Positions 29,278 to 39,359 of a stretch of DNA of 64,000 nucleotides are shown here, piece by piece. A program made the position numbers and the translations under genes. The notes beneath the pieces were generated by a model, which saw only the letters and a list, made by a program, of their open reading frames with translations, made no database searches and had not been told where the DNA came from. The DNA comes from Candidatus Bathyarchaeota archaeon. GTDB lineage: Archaea; Thermoproteota; Bathyarchaeia; Bathyarchaeales; Bathycorpusculaceae. The stretch spans positions 139,379-203,378 of the forward strand of contig CAWHXY010000008.1 of NCBI GenBank assembly GCA_963833575.1, given 5' to 3'. Within the stretch, counting starts at the first letter, position 1; each line of letters begins with the position of its first letter.

Positions 29278-30642
29278 ATGAGTCAACTTGAAAATTCAAA
29301 TTACACTGGCGCAGCAATTGACGCCCTAAGAAAAGCAGACTGTGACATCGGCGACATAATAAAAGTTACCAGCAAAGAAAAAACCTACGAAGGCATCCTA
29401 ATACCCCGCTCAGAACTAGGCGAGGGCACTGTTGTAATTGTTAAGATGAAAAGCGGATACAACATTGGTATCCGGGTAACGTCAGAAGTCAAAATCGAAA
29501 AAGTTGGAAAAGGCTCAAAACCCGCCTTTGCATCACCTCCCTTGCCAAAACAGAATCCTGCTTTGCCGCATGTTGTCATAATGAGTACGGGGGGAACAAT
29601 CGCTAGTCGAGTGGACTACCGAACGGGAGCAGTTCGCTCAGCTATTTCTGCAAGTGACCTTTACGGCGTGGTCCCTGAACTCTCCGACATAGCAAAAGTT
29701 GACACAGAAATCGTTTTCAGCCTATACAGTGAAAACATTACTCAAAAGCATTGGAAAGAACTTGCTGAAACCGTTGCTAAACGAATAGAGTCAGGCGTTA
29801 ACGGCGTGGTAATTGCCCATGGCACCGATACAATGGCTTACACTTCAGCTGCTTTGAGCTTTGCGCTGCAGAATCTGCCTGTTCCGGTTGTGGTTGTTGG
29901 CGCACAACGTTCATCTGACCGTCCAAGCAGTGACGCAGCAACAAACCTCATTGGTGCAGTGAAAGCCGCCGGAGAAGGACCCTTCGCTGAGGTAGGTTTA
30001 GCTATGCATGAAACAGTTTCAGATATTGCAACAGTCGTTCACAGAGGTACTAAGGTACGAAAATGCCACACCAGCCGAAGAGACACCTTCAAATCAATCA
30101 ACGGGTTCCCAATCGCCCAAGTAAAAGATCAAAAAGTTACCATGCTAACAAATCAATACCAGCGTCGCGATTCCTCAAAGAAGCTGATACTCAAATCAAA
30201 CTTCAGCGAAAATGTTGCGTTAGTCAAATTTTATCCAGGTCTAGATTCAGGAGTAATCGACTATTATGTCAACAAAGGCATAAAGGGCATTTTGCTTGAG
30301 GGCTCGGGCTTGGGGCATGTTAGCAAATTTTGCTTTGATAGTATCAAAAATGCTGTTGCAAAAGGCGTTGTGGTTGCGTTGGCTTCTCAGTGCATTTGGG
30401 GAAGAGTAAACATGAATGTGTATGATACTGGCAGAGATTTGCTCTCTTTTGGTGTAATCCCAACAGACGATATGTTCCCTGAAACAGCCCTTGTCAAACT
30501 AATGTGGGTCCTTGGACAAACCGACGACGCTCAAGAAGCCATAAAACTTTTCAGAACTAACATTGCAGGGGAATTCTCCCCAAGAACGCTTCCGCAAGAG
30601 CGCATAGTTGAAGGAGGAGAAAAAAGTGGCAATCGATTATAA
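29278..30642 (+). CDS. gatD: Glu-tRNA(Gln) amidotransferase subunit D
   Basis: SGYNIG, TGGTIAS, HGTDTM, QRSSDRPSSD. Confidence 0.96.
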   Translation: MSQLENSNYTGAAIDALRKADCDIGDIIKVTSKEKTYEGILIPRSELGEGTVVIVKMKSGYNIGIRVTSEVKIEKVGKGSKPAFASPPLPKQNPALPHVVIMSTGGTIASRVDYRTGAVRSAISASDLYGVVPELSDIAKVDTEIVFSLYSENITQKHWKELAETVAKRIESGVNGVVIAHGTDTMAYTSAALSFALQNLPVPVVVVGAQRSSDRPSSDAATNLIGAVKAAGEGPFAEVGLAMHETVSDIATVVHRGTKVRKCHTSRRDTFKSINGFPIAQVKDQKVTMLTNQYQRRDSSKKLILKSNFSENVALVKFYPGLDSGVIDYYVNKGIKGILLEGSGLGHVSKFCFDSIKNAVAKGVVVALASQCIWGRVNMNVYDTGRDLLSFGVIPTDDMFPETALVKLMWVLGQTDDAQEAIKLFRTNIAGEFSPRTLPQERIVEGGEKSGNRL

Positions 30643-32521
30643 AGCAATAGGATTAAAAGTTGGCTTAGAAATCCACCAGCAGCTAAACGTCAATTCAAAA
30701 CTCTTTTGCAGTTGCCCGCCTGAACTCTTCAAAGAGGACCCAGAAACAACTTTTCTGCGGCGATTGCGGCCAACACAAAGTGAACTTGGACAAATTGATC
30801 CCGCCGCTTATTTTGAATTCCAAAAAGGCGTAAAAATCCTCTATGAAGCCAGCAAAAGCAGCTCCTGCCTTGTCGAAATGGATGAGGAACCGCCGCACCC
30901 CATAAATTTGGATGCTGTGGAAGTGGTTTTAACTGCTTCTTTAATGATGAATATGCAGCCCGTTGATGAAGTTCATGTTATGCGCAAAACAGTCATTGAT
31001 GGGTCAAACACTACTGGCTTTCAGCGTACTTGCATCATAGCTTTGGATGGCTGGATTAAGGTTGGAGAAAAAACTATTCCGATGCAAGCAGCAAGCCTTG
31101 AAGAGGATGCAGCGCGCAAAACAGGCACCCAAGATGAAGGCAAAACTATCCGTTATCGCATTGACCGTTTAGGAATACCGTTAATTGAGGTGGCAACAGC
31201 TCCTGTGATTTACTCACCCATGGAAGCTCAGGAAGTTGCGTTCGCAATTGGCCGGATTCTGCGTGATACTGGTAAAGTGATGCGAGGTCTGGGCACTATA
31301 CGCCAAGATCTTAACGTGTCTTTGCCAAATGGCGCTCTAATAGAAATAAAAGGTGTCCAGGAACTTGAGTTAATCTCTAAAGTTGTTGAGTACGAGGTTG
31401 AACGGCAACTTGGGCTTATTAGTGTAAAAGAGGAACTGGCTAAGCGAGGGATCAAAGCAGAGGATCTCAAGCAAGAATTCGTTGACGTTACCGAAATTTT
31501 CAAACAAACAAAAAGCAAAGTTATCCGCAAGGCAGTGGATAGAAATCAGAAGGTAATGGCTGTTAAATTACCAAAATATGGTGGATTGCTGAAACGTGAA
31601 CTTATGCCTGATTTTCGAGTTGGAACCGAACTTTCAGACAGGGCAAAGTTCTGGGGCAGAGTCGGCGGAATATTCCACACAGACGAAATGCCCAATTACG
31701 GCATAACCCCCGAAGAAGTAGACGCTCTCCGCAAAGCAACTAACGCAGCCGGATCAGATGCAGTTGTTTTTGTTGCTGACACAGCAGAAAACGTTCTGGA
31801 TGCATTAAAAGCAGTTGTTGAACGAGCACAAGAAGCATTAACGGGAATTCCTGCCGAAACACGAACAGCAAAAGATGATGGGACAACAAGATATATGCGG
31901 CCAAGACCTGGAGCAGCCAGAATGTACCCTGAAACCGACATTCCCCCAACATCAATAACAGAAGAACTAGTAACAACGATTCGCAATAATCTGCCTGAGC
32001 CTGCAGAAAAGAAAGTTGCTCGCCTCATCAAGCAGTATGGTTTAAATGAAAAGTTAGCCAAACAGCTTCCTGACTCAGAATATAACCTTCTTTTTGAGCA
32101 AATCGTTAAGGAAACAGGTGTTCAGGCCTCAACCGTGGCTGCATTCTTAACTGAGACTTTGAAAGCTCTTAGACGAGACGGCATCCAAGTCGACCTTGTC
32201 AATGAAGACCAAATTAAAAACATCTTTGACGCGATCGGTTCAGGAGAACTTGCAAAAGAAGCCATAGCAGATGTTTTCGGTTGGCTTTCGAAGAATGAAG
32301 ATAAAACCGTACAGGATGCAGTGCAAGCGTTGGGTCTAAAAATGTTCACTGAAGCGGATCTCATGCCGATCATCGACCGAGTAATATCCATAAACAAGCA
32401 ACAGATTGAAAAACTTGGCAAAAACGCCAACGGCATGATAATGGGCGCTATCATGAAAGAAGTTCGAGGCAAAGCTAACCCTGAATTAGTCACTAAACTT
32501 TTGAAAGAACGCCTCAAATAG
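30626..32521 (+). CDS. gatE: Glu-tRNA(Gln) amidotransferase subunit E
   Basis: GLEIHQQL, IDGSNTTGFQRT, RMYPETD; GTG 30626 after GGAGGA. Confidence 0.96.
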   Translation: MAIDYKAIGLKVGLEIHQQLNVNSKLFCSCPPELFKEDPETTFLRRLRPTQSELGQIDPAAYFEFQKGVKILYEASKSSSCLVEMDEEPPHPINLDAVEVVLTASLMMNMQPVDEVHVMRKTVIDGSNTTGFQRTCIIALDGWIKVGEKTIPMQAASLEEDAARKTGTQDEGKTIRYRIDRLGIPLIEVATAPVIYSPMEAQEVAFAIGRILRDTGKVMRGLGTIRQDLNVSLPNGALIEIKGVQELELISKVVEYEVERQLGLISVKEELAKRGIKAEDLKQEFVDVTEIFKQTKSKVIRKAVDRNQKVMAVKLPKYGGLLKRELMPDFRVGTELSDRAKFWGRVGGIFHTDEMPNYGITPEEVDALRKATNAAGSDAVVFVADTAENVLDALKAVVERAQEALTGIPAETRTAKDDGTTRYMRPRPGAARMYPETDIPPTSITEELVTTIRNNLPEPAEKKVARLIKQYGLNEKLAKQLPDSEYNLLFEQIVKETGVQASTVAAFLTETLKALRRDGIQVDLVNEDQIKNIFDAIGSGELAKEAIADVFGWLSKNEDKTVQDAVQALGLKMFTEADLMPIIDRVISINKQQIEKLGKNANGMIMGAIMKEVRGKANPELVTKLLKERLK

Positions 32522-32603
32522 GCTGTTTTTTCATTAAAACCAGCACTGAGCCGCAAATCCTAAAAGGTTTAGCATAGCTTATAGAATAAAGAGGCTCATT
32601 CTA

Positions 32604-33074
32604 TTGAAGCACATTGAAGCGCGTATAAAAACTCCATTCGGAGAAGTCATAATTGAAGGCGAAAATCCCCAAGATATACTTGACATGTTGGGAAATATTC
32701 CAGAAAACTTCGTTGAGAAATTATCCGATTTTGTTTCAGATAAGCTAACACCGTCAGGGGCACAATTAAAAGGAATCGTTGAATCAACAACTGAAGGACC
32801 AGTAATAGTTACACGTGAAAACCTCACCCATTACGAAGCAGTAGGATTGATTCTATATGCTTCTGACGAAAGAAAAAACACAGCCTCACAAATCCAGAAA
32901 CAGTTGGAAAGCAGCGGAATAAAAAGCATGGTTCCCGCACGATTAAACGAAATGACTAAACGGGGTCAAGTCTTCAAGCCCGATCCTAACAAGCCAGAGT
33001 TTAAACTTACCATCCAAGGCGAGAAATGGGTTGAAGACGAAGTGCTTACCAAAATTAGAGGCAAAATGAGTTGA
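32604..33074 (+). CDS. wHTH-like hypothetical protein
   Basis: C-terminal ARLNEM..G.V....FKLT.QG. Confidence 0.65.
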   Translation: MKHIEARIKTPFGEVIIEGENPQDILDMLGNIPENFVEKLSDFVSDKLTPSGAQLKGIVESTTEGPVIVTRENLTHYEAVGLILYASDERKNTASQIQKQLESSGIKSMVPARLNEMTKRGQVFKPDPNKPEFKLTIQGEKWVEDEVLTKIRGKMS

Positions 33075-33583
33075 GTGGAAAAACAGAAAAAGTGCAAGTT
33101 CATCTTAAATATAAAGAGCTTGAAGAGCAGTTTGCCGCTGAACCTCAAGAAGCTTGGTTATTGATTAACCAGTTTTTCAAAAATTTTATTCCTTCTTTTG
33201 AAATTGCTCAAAAAATCTGGCTTAACATCGACCTGCAACAGCTTGCTAAAGACCTAGACGGCATAGCGGCGTTTTCAAGTGACGGTGCAAGCTTGCTGAT
33301 CCCTAAAAACAAGTTAACTGACAATGACACATTGTCGATTTGGCTTACAGCGCATTATCTTGGACACAAACTTGGAATGGTTAACAATGATGCTTTATCG
33401 AAAGATGAATTGCAGATGAAGCTTGGAAAAAGCGGAAAGATAACCAGCACCCGTTTAGGAGAGCTATCGAAAAACGGACTGGTGCAGAAGACCGTTGATG
33501 ATAAGTTTAGAATAGCCATTATGGGTGTTGTTCAAACTCAAAAGGAAATTATTCCTAAAATAAAATCCAAAATGAAACCCTAA
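33071..33583 (+). CDS. wHTH-like hypothetical protein
   Basis: TRLGEL.K.GLV....FRI..G; 4-nt overlap with upstream gene. Confidence 0.65.
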   Translation: MSGKTEKVQVHLKYKELEEQFAAEPQEAWLLINQFFKNFIPSFEIAQKIWLNIDLQQLAKDLDGIAAFSSDGASLLIPKNKLTDNDTLSIWLTAHYLGHKLGMVNNDALSKDELQMKLGKSGKITSTRLGELSKNGLVQKTVDDKFRIAIMGVVQTQKEIIPKIKSKMKP

Positions 33584-33655
33584 TTTTCTCCACAAGAAAG
33601 AGCCTAAGAAAAATATATTTACTTGCGTGCTACACTTTTTTGTTGAGGTTAACTC

Positions 33656-33907
33656 ATGAATTTTGCGATGTTAATGGCTATAATTTACTCAATTCTAAGC
33701 AGCTTGAATCTTAGTTGGTTGAATATACCTTTACTTATCGCTCTAGTCATTGTCGGTCTGATAATAATAATTCTGATAAAGCTGTTTTTGGTTCTGATTC
33801 CCGCAATAATTGTTGCTGCTATCGTGTACTTCCTCACTGGCGACCTGCTGTGGACTGGCATTGCTTTCCTTGTAGTTGCACTCATATCGATAGTAGCCAA
33901 AATATAG
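33656..33907 (+). CDS. small hydrophobic membrane protein
   Basis: 83 aa, nearly all hydrophobic; GAGGT SD. Confidence 0.7.
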   Translation: MNFAMLMAIIYSILSSLNLSWLNIPLLIALVIVGLIIIILIKLFLVLIPAIIVAAIVYFLTGDLLWTGIAFLVVALISIVAKI

Positions 33908-34011
33908 CTCCAAACACTGAAGATCCAAAACCCAAAACCATTTTTTCTTATTATTTGAGTTTGTAGTGGAAGAGGTTTTGTTGAATATCGTTACCGCCTG
34001 CTTGTTCGAAG

Positions 34012-34332
34012 CTAAACCAATGGGTGACTTGATACATCTTTGAAAGCAAGTCTTTCAGGTTCTGTTCCCTCTTCGTCTGTTCTGCCTTTTTCATCGAAGG
34101 GTGTTACTTTTCGTCTGCTTACGTTATAGGTTAATATTTTAGTGTCGTCTGCTTGAATTTCATCTAGTAGAGCCATAGTTTTTGTAAGAAGAGAATCAAA
34201 AAGACTTTGGTTTGGCAATTGAATACCGCTATTCCGTAACCAATCACAAGTGACAGCAAGTTGCTCTAATAATTCCATATTTAACTGAGACATTCGTTTG
34301 AGCTCCGTCAAAGAATCAATAATTTCTGACAT
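34012..34332 (-). CDS. IS passenger protein reading out through the left TIR
   Basis: ATG 34332 just after stop of upstream passenger. Confidence 0.55.
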   Translation of the reverse strand: MSEIIDSLTELKRMSQLNMELLEQLAVTCDWLRNSGIQLPNQSLFDSLLTKTMALLDEIQADDTKILTYNVSRRKVTPFDEKGRTDEEGTEPERLAFKDVSSHPLV

Positions 34333-34336
34333 AGAA

Positions 34337-34747
34337 TCATGTTGCAAGGTCGTTTTCCGCCATTTTCCGTTTATATGCTTCCATACTTTTTCTCGTTTCT
34401 TCAATTTGTTTCTTAAACTGCTTAGCAAATTCAACGGCTGAAGCAATTTCTTTCGAATTGACTTTTGCACCTAGGTCTATGGCGACTTCTTCAAGCCATT
34501 GCATTCGATGGTCAAGATTTTGAACCGAATAATTCAGTTGTAAGGCTAATCTTTCAAAGTTATCCCATACATCTTCAAACTCTTGGAATGCTATCTTTCC
34601 TATTACCCATTTTGTCGGATTTTCGGATGTAGTTGAATGTATTCTCCGTTCGCATGTTGTTAAAAATCTTTTATTGATCGCTTTTCTTTCCCCAAATACA
34701 CGCTCGATTTCTCGTTCTTTTTCCTCATATTGTTTATCATCAGTCAT
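34337..34747 (-). CDS. IS passenger coiled-coil protein
   Basis: ATGA overlap with upstream RHH gene sets start at 34747. Confidence 0.65.
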   Translation of the reverse strand: MTDDKQYEEKEREIERVFGERKAINKRFLTTCERRIHSTTSENPTKWVIGKIAFQEFEDVWDNFERLALQLNYSVQNLDHRMQWLEEVAIDLGAKVNSKEIASAVEFAKQFKKQIEETRKSMEAYKRKMAENDLAT

Positions 34748-34902
34748 TTCTTGCACTTTTCCTGTTTTGCTATCCAATCTCTTACAGCTTGATCTATAAG
34801 TTCGCCAAGCGAGATTTCGCAATCTATAGCGGCTTTTCTTGCCTCTTTCCATAAGTTAGAATTAACTCGGAGAGAGGTTACTATTTCTTTTTTATCATCC
34901 AT
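34744..34902 (-). CDS. ribbon-helix-helix DNA-binding protein (52 aa, not in ORF track)
   Basis: MDDKKEIVTSLRVNSNLWKEARKAAIDCEISLGELIDQAVRDWI..; GGTGA SD. Confidence 0.75.
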   Translation of the reverse strand: MDDKKEIVTSLRVNSNLWKEARKAAIDCEISLGELIDQAVRDWIAKQEKCKK

Positions 34903-35009
34903 TCATTTCACCATCAATAACTACATAGTATTGTAGTATTTATGTTTTTGTAGGTTTGTATATATGTTTATATGAGTGTGTGACTAATACTACAAAGTAG
35001 TGATGTAGT

Positions 35010-36125
35010 ATGCTAACAAATGAAAGAGAAGAAAGGGGTCAAGCAATCGCACAAGGCAACGGGCAAGTAAGACGCATAGACCAAGATCACTATGCTGTAA
35101 AATCGCAATCTCAGCATGGCGAATATTGGGTTAGTAGAGTAGGTGAAGAATGGTTATGCGAATGCCCAGATAATCATTGGCGACACACTATTTGCAAGCA
35201 CATCTACGCTGTTGACTTCTCTATTCAGCTAAGAAAAGAGGTTTTAGCGCATGGTCAAGTCATTCAAGAGGTTAATATTTCAAACTGCCGTTTTTGCGGT
35301 TCAAGCAACCTAAAGAAAGACGGAGTAAGAAAAAACAAATGTGGCACAATTCAAAAATTCTTTTGCCGAGACTGCAAACACTACTTCACAGTTAACATAG
35401 GCTTCGAGCGTATGAAACATAGTCCTCAAGCAGTCACAAGCGCTATGCAACTGTACTTTTCAGGTGAAAGCTTAAGAAATACTCAGAAATCGCTTAAACT
35501 GTTAGGTGTTGAGGTTTCGCATAAGACTGTTTTCATGTGGATAAAAAAATACTGTAATTTAATGCAAGAGTACGTTGAAACTCTCAAGCCAAATGTGAGC
35601 GACACATGGAGAGCCGATGAAATTTTCATAAAGATAAGTGGGAATCAAAAATATTTGTTTGCTATGATGGATGATGAAACAAGGTTTTGGATAGCTCAAG
35701 AAGTAGCAGAAACAAAATATCAACATGATGCAAGAATCCTGTTGAGAATGTCCAAAGAACTGATGGATAAGAAGCCTTTGACTTTCATAACTGATGGTTT
35801 AAAGTCTTATAATGAAGCGTATAAACGTGAATTTTTCACTAAGCAGAATCCGAGAACTCAACACATTCGACACATAACTATCAGAGGCGATAAAAACAAT
35901 AACAAAATGGAACGGTTAAACGGTGAAATTCGAGACAGGGAAAAGACTATGAGGGGATTAAAAATCAAAGAGACACCAATTCTCAAAGGCTATCAACTAT
36001 TCCATAACTACATTAGACCACATCAAGCATTAGACGGCAAAACACCTAGCGAAGCGTGTGGAATAACGATTGAAGGCAAAAATAAGTGGATAACTTTAAT
36101 TCAGAACGCCAGTAAGAAAAATTAG
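35010..36125 (+). CDS. IS6-like DDE transposase with N-terminal SWIM and Zn-ribbon domains
   Basis: CECPD..CKH, CRFC/CRDC, WRADE, ITDG, NNKMER, RPHQAL.GKTP. Confidence 0.9.
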   Translation: MLTNEREERGQAIAQGNGQVRRIDQDHYAVKSQSQHGEYWVSRVGEEWLCECPDNHWRHTICKHIYAVDFSIQLRKEVLAHGQVIQEVNISNCRFCGSSNLKKDGVRKNKCGTIQKFFCRDCKHYFTVNIGFERMKHSPQAVTSAMQLYFSGESLRNTQKSLKLLGVEVSHKTVFMWIKKYCNLMQEYVETLKPNVSDTWRADEIFIKISGNQKYLFAMMDDETRFWIAQEVAETKYQHDARILLRMSKELMDKKPLTFITDGLKSYNEAYKREFFTKQNPRTQHIRHITIRGDKNNNKMERLNGEIRDREKTMRGLKIKETPILKGYQLFHNYIRPHQALDGKTPSEACGITIEGKNKWITLIQNASKKN

Positions 36126-36421
36126 GGTTTTTTAGATTGCCCTTCTATCATTCCTTCGATATGTGCTATTCTTTCGCCTTGTTTTGATATTGTATCATTT
36201 AATTTATGTAGCCTTTCAAGAACTATGGCGAACAATGATGCAGAAGCTATGAATCCTAAATCAAAGCTGAATGTTATTCCTTCGGGGTCAATGTTGAAAA
36301 CTGCTTTCAATATTCCAAAGCCTTTCAAGAATAGAATTATGATTAAAATTCCAGCGATATAATAGAGGTAATGGCTATAATCTTTCTTCTTTTTCTTTAT
36401 TTTTGGCATTTCTACACCCAT
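36122..36421 (-). CDS. IS passenger 2-TM protein with C-terminal coiled coil
   Basis: two TM then ERIAHIEG. Confidence 0.65.
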   Translation of the reverse strand: MGVEMPKIKKKKKDYSHYLYYIAGILIIILFLKGFGILKAVFNIDPEGITFSFDLGFIASASLFAIVLERLHKLNDTISKQGERIAHIEGMIEGQSKKP

Positions 36422-36474
36422 AGCCTAAACCTCTTTGTAACAAAATAAGATTTTCCAAAGAAAAGAGAAAAATT

Positions 36475-36672
36475 TTACTTCTTTTTGTTGGTGTCAACAG
36501 TTGGCAAGTCAAAACGGTTTGGTGCGCTTAGCCATTGGTCAACGTTTCTGGCTTGTGGCGCTTTCAAACTTCGATCAATCGCTTTAGCATGACCACTTCT
36601 GTTAGCCTGAACCCTTCTTGCATGCCTAATCTGACTACCATAACCCGAACCACTTCTTCCACGATAACTCAA
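36475..36672 (-). CDS. IS passenger small basic protein
   Basis: 65 aa R/K-rich; GAGGT SD. Confidence 0.55.
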   Translation of the reverse strand: MSYRGRSGSGYGSQIRHARRVQANRSGHAKAIDRSLKAPQARNVDQWLSAPNRFDLPTVDTNKKK

Positions 36673-36822
36673 CCTAAATCAACCTCAATAGAAAAAACAG
36701 ACGAAAAGTAACATGGATAGTCAACTGACGGAGAAGTAACAGAACCGTCTTTCATAATGCTTTTATATTTGGTGAGGGGTTCATGGATAATACAGCAATA
36801 TACTAGGATACGGTAATAAGAT

Positions 36823-37068
36823 ATGATGATGGAACCAAGTAAAAAACCGTTGAATGTTCTCATAAAACAGTTGCACGGAAATATCGAAGTTGTTCTCAAA
36901 AACGGTTACGAATATAAAGGAAAAATGATAAAGTGCGACGGGCACATGAACATTCTTCTTGAAGGCGCCAACGAATTAAAAGACGATCAACTAATGACAA
37001 ACTACGGCAACGTTCTTCTACGCGGAAACAACATTCTCTATATAGTGCTCGACGCCAACAAACATTAA
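36823..37068 (+). CDS. Sm-like (Lsm) protein
   Basis: VVLKNG.EYKG....DGHMNILL, LRGNNILYI. Confidence 0.93.
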   Translation: MMMEPSKKPLNVLIKQLHGNIEVVLKNGYEYKGKMIKCDGHMNILLEGANELKDDQLMTNYGNVLLRGNNILYIVLDANKH

Positions 37069-37964
37069 AAAATTAAACTTCTAACCTTTCCAGTTACATA
37101 ATCGTAGGCTTTTTCAGCCACTATTTTTAAATTGAATTTTCGGCTGAAAAAAGTAATTAGGTTTTTTAGATCTCGCTCAAGAAGTTCCTGGGCATTAGCA
37201 TGATCAGCCATAACATATTGTGGCCAATCAATAATGAGGATATGCCCATCCGGTCTTAGAATGATGTTATATTCGCTAAGGTCTGCATGTATAACGTGCG
37301 CTTTCAGATAAGCCCTTCGTACGTTGCGTAATATTTCTTTGAATACTTTCTCGGGCTTTCCAATTTCCGAATATTTTGATAGTTCAGCTCCTTCAATCAT
37401 TCCCATGGCGATTACATGCCTGTTATGGCTGATGGGTTCAGGAACTGAAACACCCTTTTTGTAAACAAGCTGCATCGCCTGAAATTCTTTTTCAGCAGCT
37501 ATATGCGATAGAAAAAGCCAAGATGAGTGTTCCCGTGCATAACCCCTTTTTCTTCTTGTTTGCCTAAAACTAATTCTGCCAAGCCTGTGAAATTTTACTG
37601 CTATCCGTTTCCCCTCCGAGTTTAATGCATCGTAGACATCGGCTTCTTTGCCTACACCTAAGATTTGCCCGAAAGAACTGATAACTCCTGCTTTAACTAG
37701 AGTATTTATTGCTAGGCAATCGTAGCCTACATAATTTAGAGTATGTCCAACGTAGGCTCCTTTTGTTTGATAGATTAAGCCTAGCTTGTGTATTTTGCTC
37801 AGAGTGAATTGGATGCGGTCCATGGGCAGCTTAGCGTATTTTTGTATTTGTTCGGTTGGTACAAATTCACGTTTGCTCATCGCAGATTCAATAATGTTGA
37901 GAATTCTGAAATCTTCGCTTTCCAATTCCCTAAATACTTTGACTGCTACTTCAGCACTTGACAC
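37065..37964 (-). CDS. rio2: RIO2 serine kinase
   Basis: N-terminal wHTH, GVGKEADVY, KFHRLGR.SF, IHADLSEYN, IIDWPQ. Confidence 0.93.
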   Translation of the reverse strand: MSSAEVAVKVFRELESEDFRILNIIESAMSKREFVPTEQIQKYAKLPMDRIQFTLSKIHKLGLIYQTKGAYVGHTLNYVGYDCLAINTLVKAGVISSFGQILGVGKEADVYDALNSEGKRIAVKFHRLGRISFRQTRRKRGYAREHSSWLFLSHIAAEKEFQAMQLVYKKGVSVPEPISHNRHVIAMGMIEGAELSKYSEIGKPEKVFKEILRNVRRAYLKAHVIHADLSEYNIILRPDGHILIIDWPQYVMADHANAQELLERDLKNLITFFSRKFNLKIVAEKAYDYVTGKVRSLIF

Positions 37965-38109
37965 AGCAATAACATAGTTGCTTTTATCTATAAAGCCTAT
38001 AGGCTGATAATATGGGGTGATTTTGGGCTCGACTTATATTGGAGTACTGTGTGATTATGAAGTTGTACAAAACTCGTAATAGTTAATTGAACATGTACGG
38101 TTCTGAAAC

Positions 38110-38832
38110 ATGTCGGTAGATCAAGAAAACATTTCAAAGATACTTTCAATCCTTTCGCATCCTTTGCGAAGAGAAATACTAATTAATCTTAGCGAAAAAG
38201 GCGAATCATCTTTTACTGATTTGCTAAATTTGCTAAAGGTTGACACAGGTAAACTTAGCTTCCACCTTCGCTCGCTGGAAGTATTCATAGAACAAACACC
38301 TAGTGGCAAGTATAAGCTAAGCAGGGCGGGAGAAAGTGCAGTAAGGGTAGTACATGATATTGAAGGTTGGGCAGAAGTTGCTGATGTTCAAAGAAAGGAG
38401 AGTCATCTTCCGCTTGCTTCTTTTAAGAAGAGGTCTGCTGCTTTCTTAATTGATTTTGCTTTGATTTTGGCTATAACAGTGTCAATCTTTTTCCTGCCTC
38501 AAGTCCTCTCTTTATCTCTAGATAAAATTCTGAATGGGGGAATCAGTGTGATACTTTTCACTACAATAGGGTTGCTTTGGCTTTATTCTACTCTGCTGGA
38601 AGGATTTAATGGCCAGAGCTTAGGCAAACGCATTAACGGTTTGAAAGTTGTTAGAATTGATGGAAAAAAAATGTCTTATGACCACGCCGCGGTGAGAAAC
38701 TTTGGAAAAGTCTTACCTTTGCTGCCGTTTGACTTAATTTATGGTTGGCGAATAAAAAACTCTGCATTCATGAGATACTTTGACAAGTTCGCTGGCACTA
38801 CAGTCATTGATCTGCGTTTTCATGTTTCCTAG
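38110..38832 (+). CDS. ArsR-like wHTH fused to RDD domain
   Basis: LSHPLRREIL; KR.AAFLID, GQSLGKR, RN, DKFAGT.V. Confidence 0.85.
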   Translation: MSVDQENISKILSILSHPLRREILINLSEKGESSFTDLLNLLKVDTGKLSFHLRSLEVFIEQTPSGKYKLSRAGESAVRVVHDIEGWAEVADVQRKESHLPLASFKKRSAAFLIDFALILAITVSIFFLPQVLSLSLDKILNGGISVILFTTIGLLWLYSTLLEGFNGQSLGKRINGLKVVRIDGKKMSYDHAAVRNFGKVLPLLPFDLIYGWRIKNSAFMRYFDKFAGTTVIDLRFHVS

Positions 38833-38894
38833 ATTTTCAAAGTGTAAAATCTTATTTGCCCCATAGGCATTATTCTTTTATGGTAGCACTTCAT

Positions 38895-39359
38895 ATGAGC
38901 GAAACAGATCTTAGGGTCTCAAAAATCAAAGATGGCACGGTCATTGACCATATTAGAGGCGGATACGCATTGGATGTCATTAAGATTTTAGGAATAACAG
39001 GTAAAGAAGAACGGGTCATGACTATAGCCGTTAATGTTCCAAGCAAACGCGCCTTAGTAAAAGACATAGTGAAGATTGAGGATCGAGCTCTTAACCCTCA
39101 GGAGGTTAACAGAATTGCTTTGGTCGCACCTCACGCATCAATTAACATCGTTCATAATTACAAGGTAGTCAAAAAGGTTGAGGTAAAGCTTCCAAATGCA
39201 ATTGAGGGCATTATTAAATGTGTAAATCCTTGTTGCATAAGCAACAGCGACGAACCCATTCTCTCAAAGTTTTATGTTAAAAACGAAGAACCTCTTTTGC
39301 TCAAATGTCATTATTGCGGCTTCACTTTGGAACAACTTGATGTTCTCCGCCAACTCTGA
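38895..39359 (+). CDS. pyrI: aspartate carbamoyltransferase regulatory chain
   Basis: IKDGTVIDHI, KDIVKIE, CVNPCCIS, CHYC. Confidence 0.95.
   Translation: MSETDLRVSKIKDGTVIDHIRGGYALDVIKILGITGKEERVMTIAVNVPSKRALVKDIVKIEDRALNPQEVNRIALVAPHASINIVHNYKVVKKVEVKLPNAIEGIIKCVNPCCISNSDEPILSKFYVKNEEPLLLKCHYCGFTLEQLDVLRQL

Larger units (their letters stand above)
34058..36746 (+). mobile_element. IS6-family element with passenger genes (2689 bp)
   Basis: TIRs GGTTCTGTT.. (20/24 match), 8-bp TSD GTCTTTCA at 34050-57 and 36747-54, DDE transposase inside. Confidence 0.92.

Noticed and set aside
34747-34852. Track-predicted N-terminus of 34337..34852
   Set aside because: Region is better explained by the RHH gene 34744..34902 in another frame
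36669-36899. 76-aa minus-strand ORF
   Set aside because: Spans the IS end and is antisense to the Lsm gene
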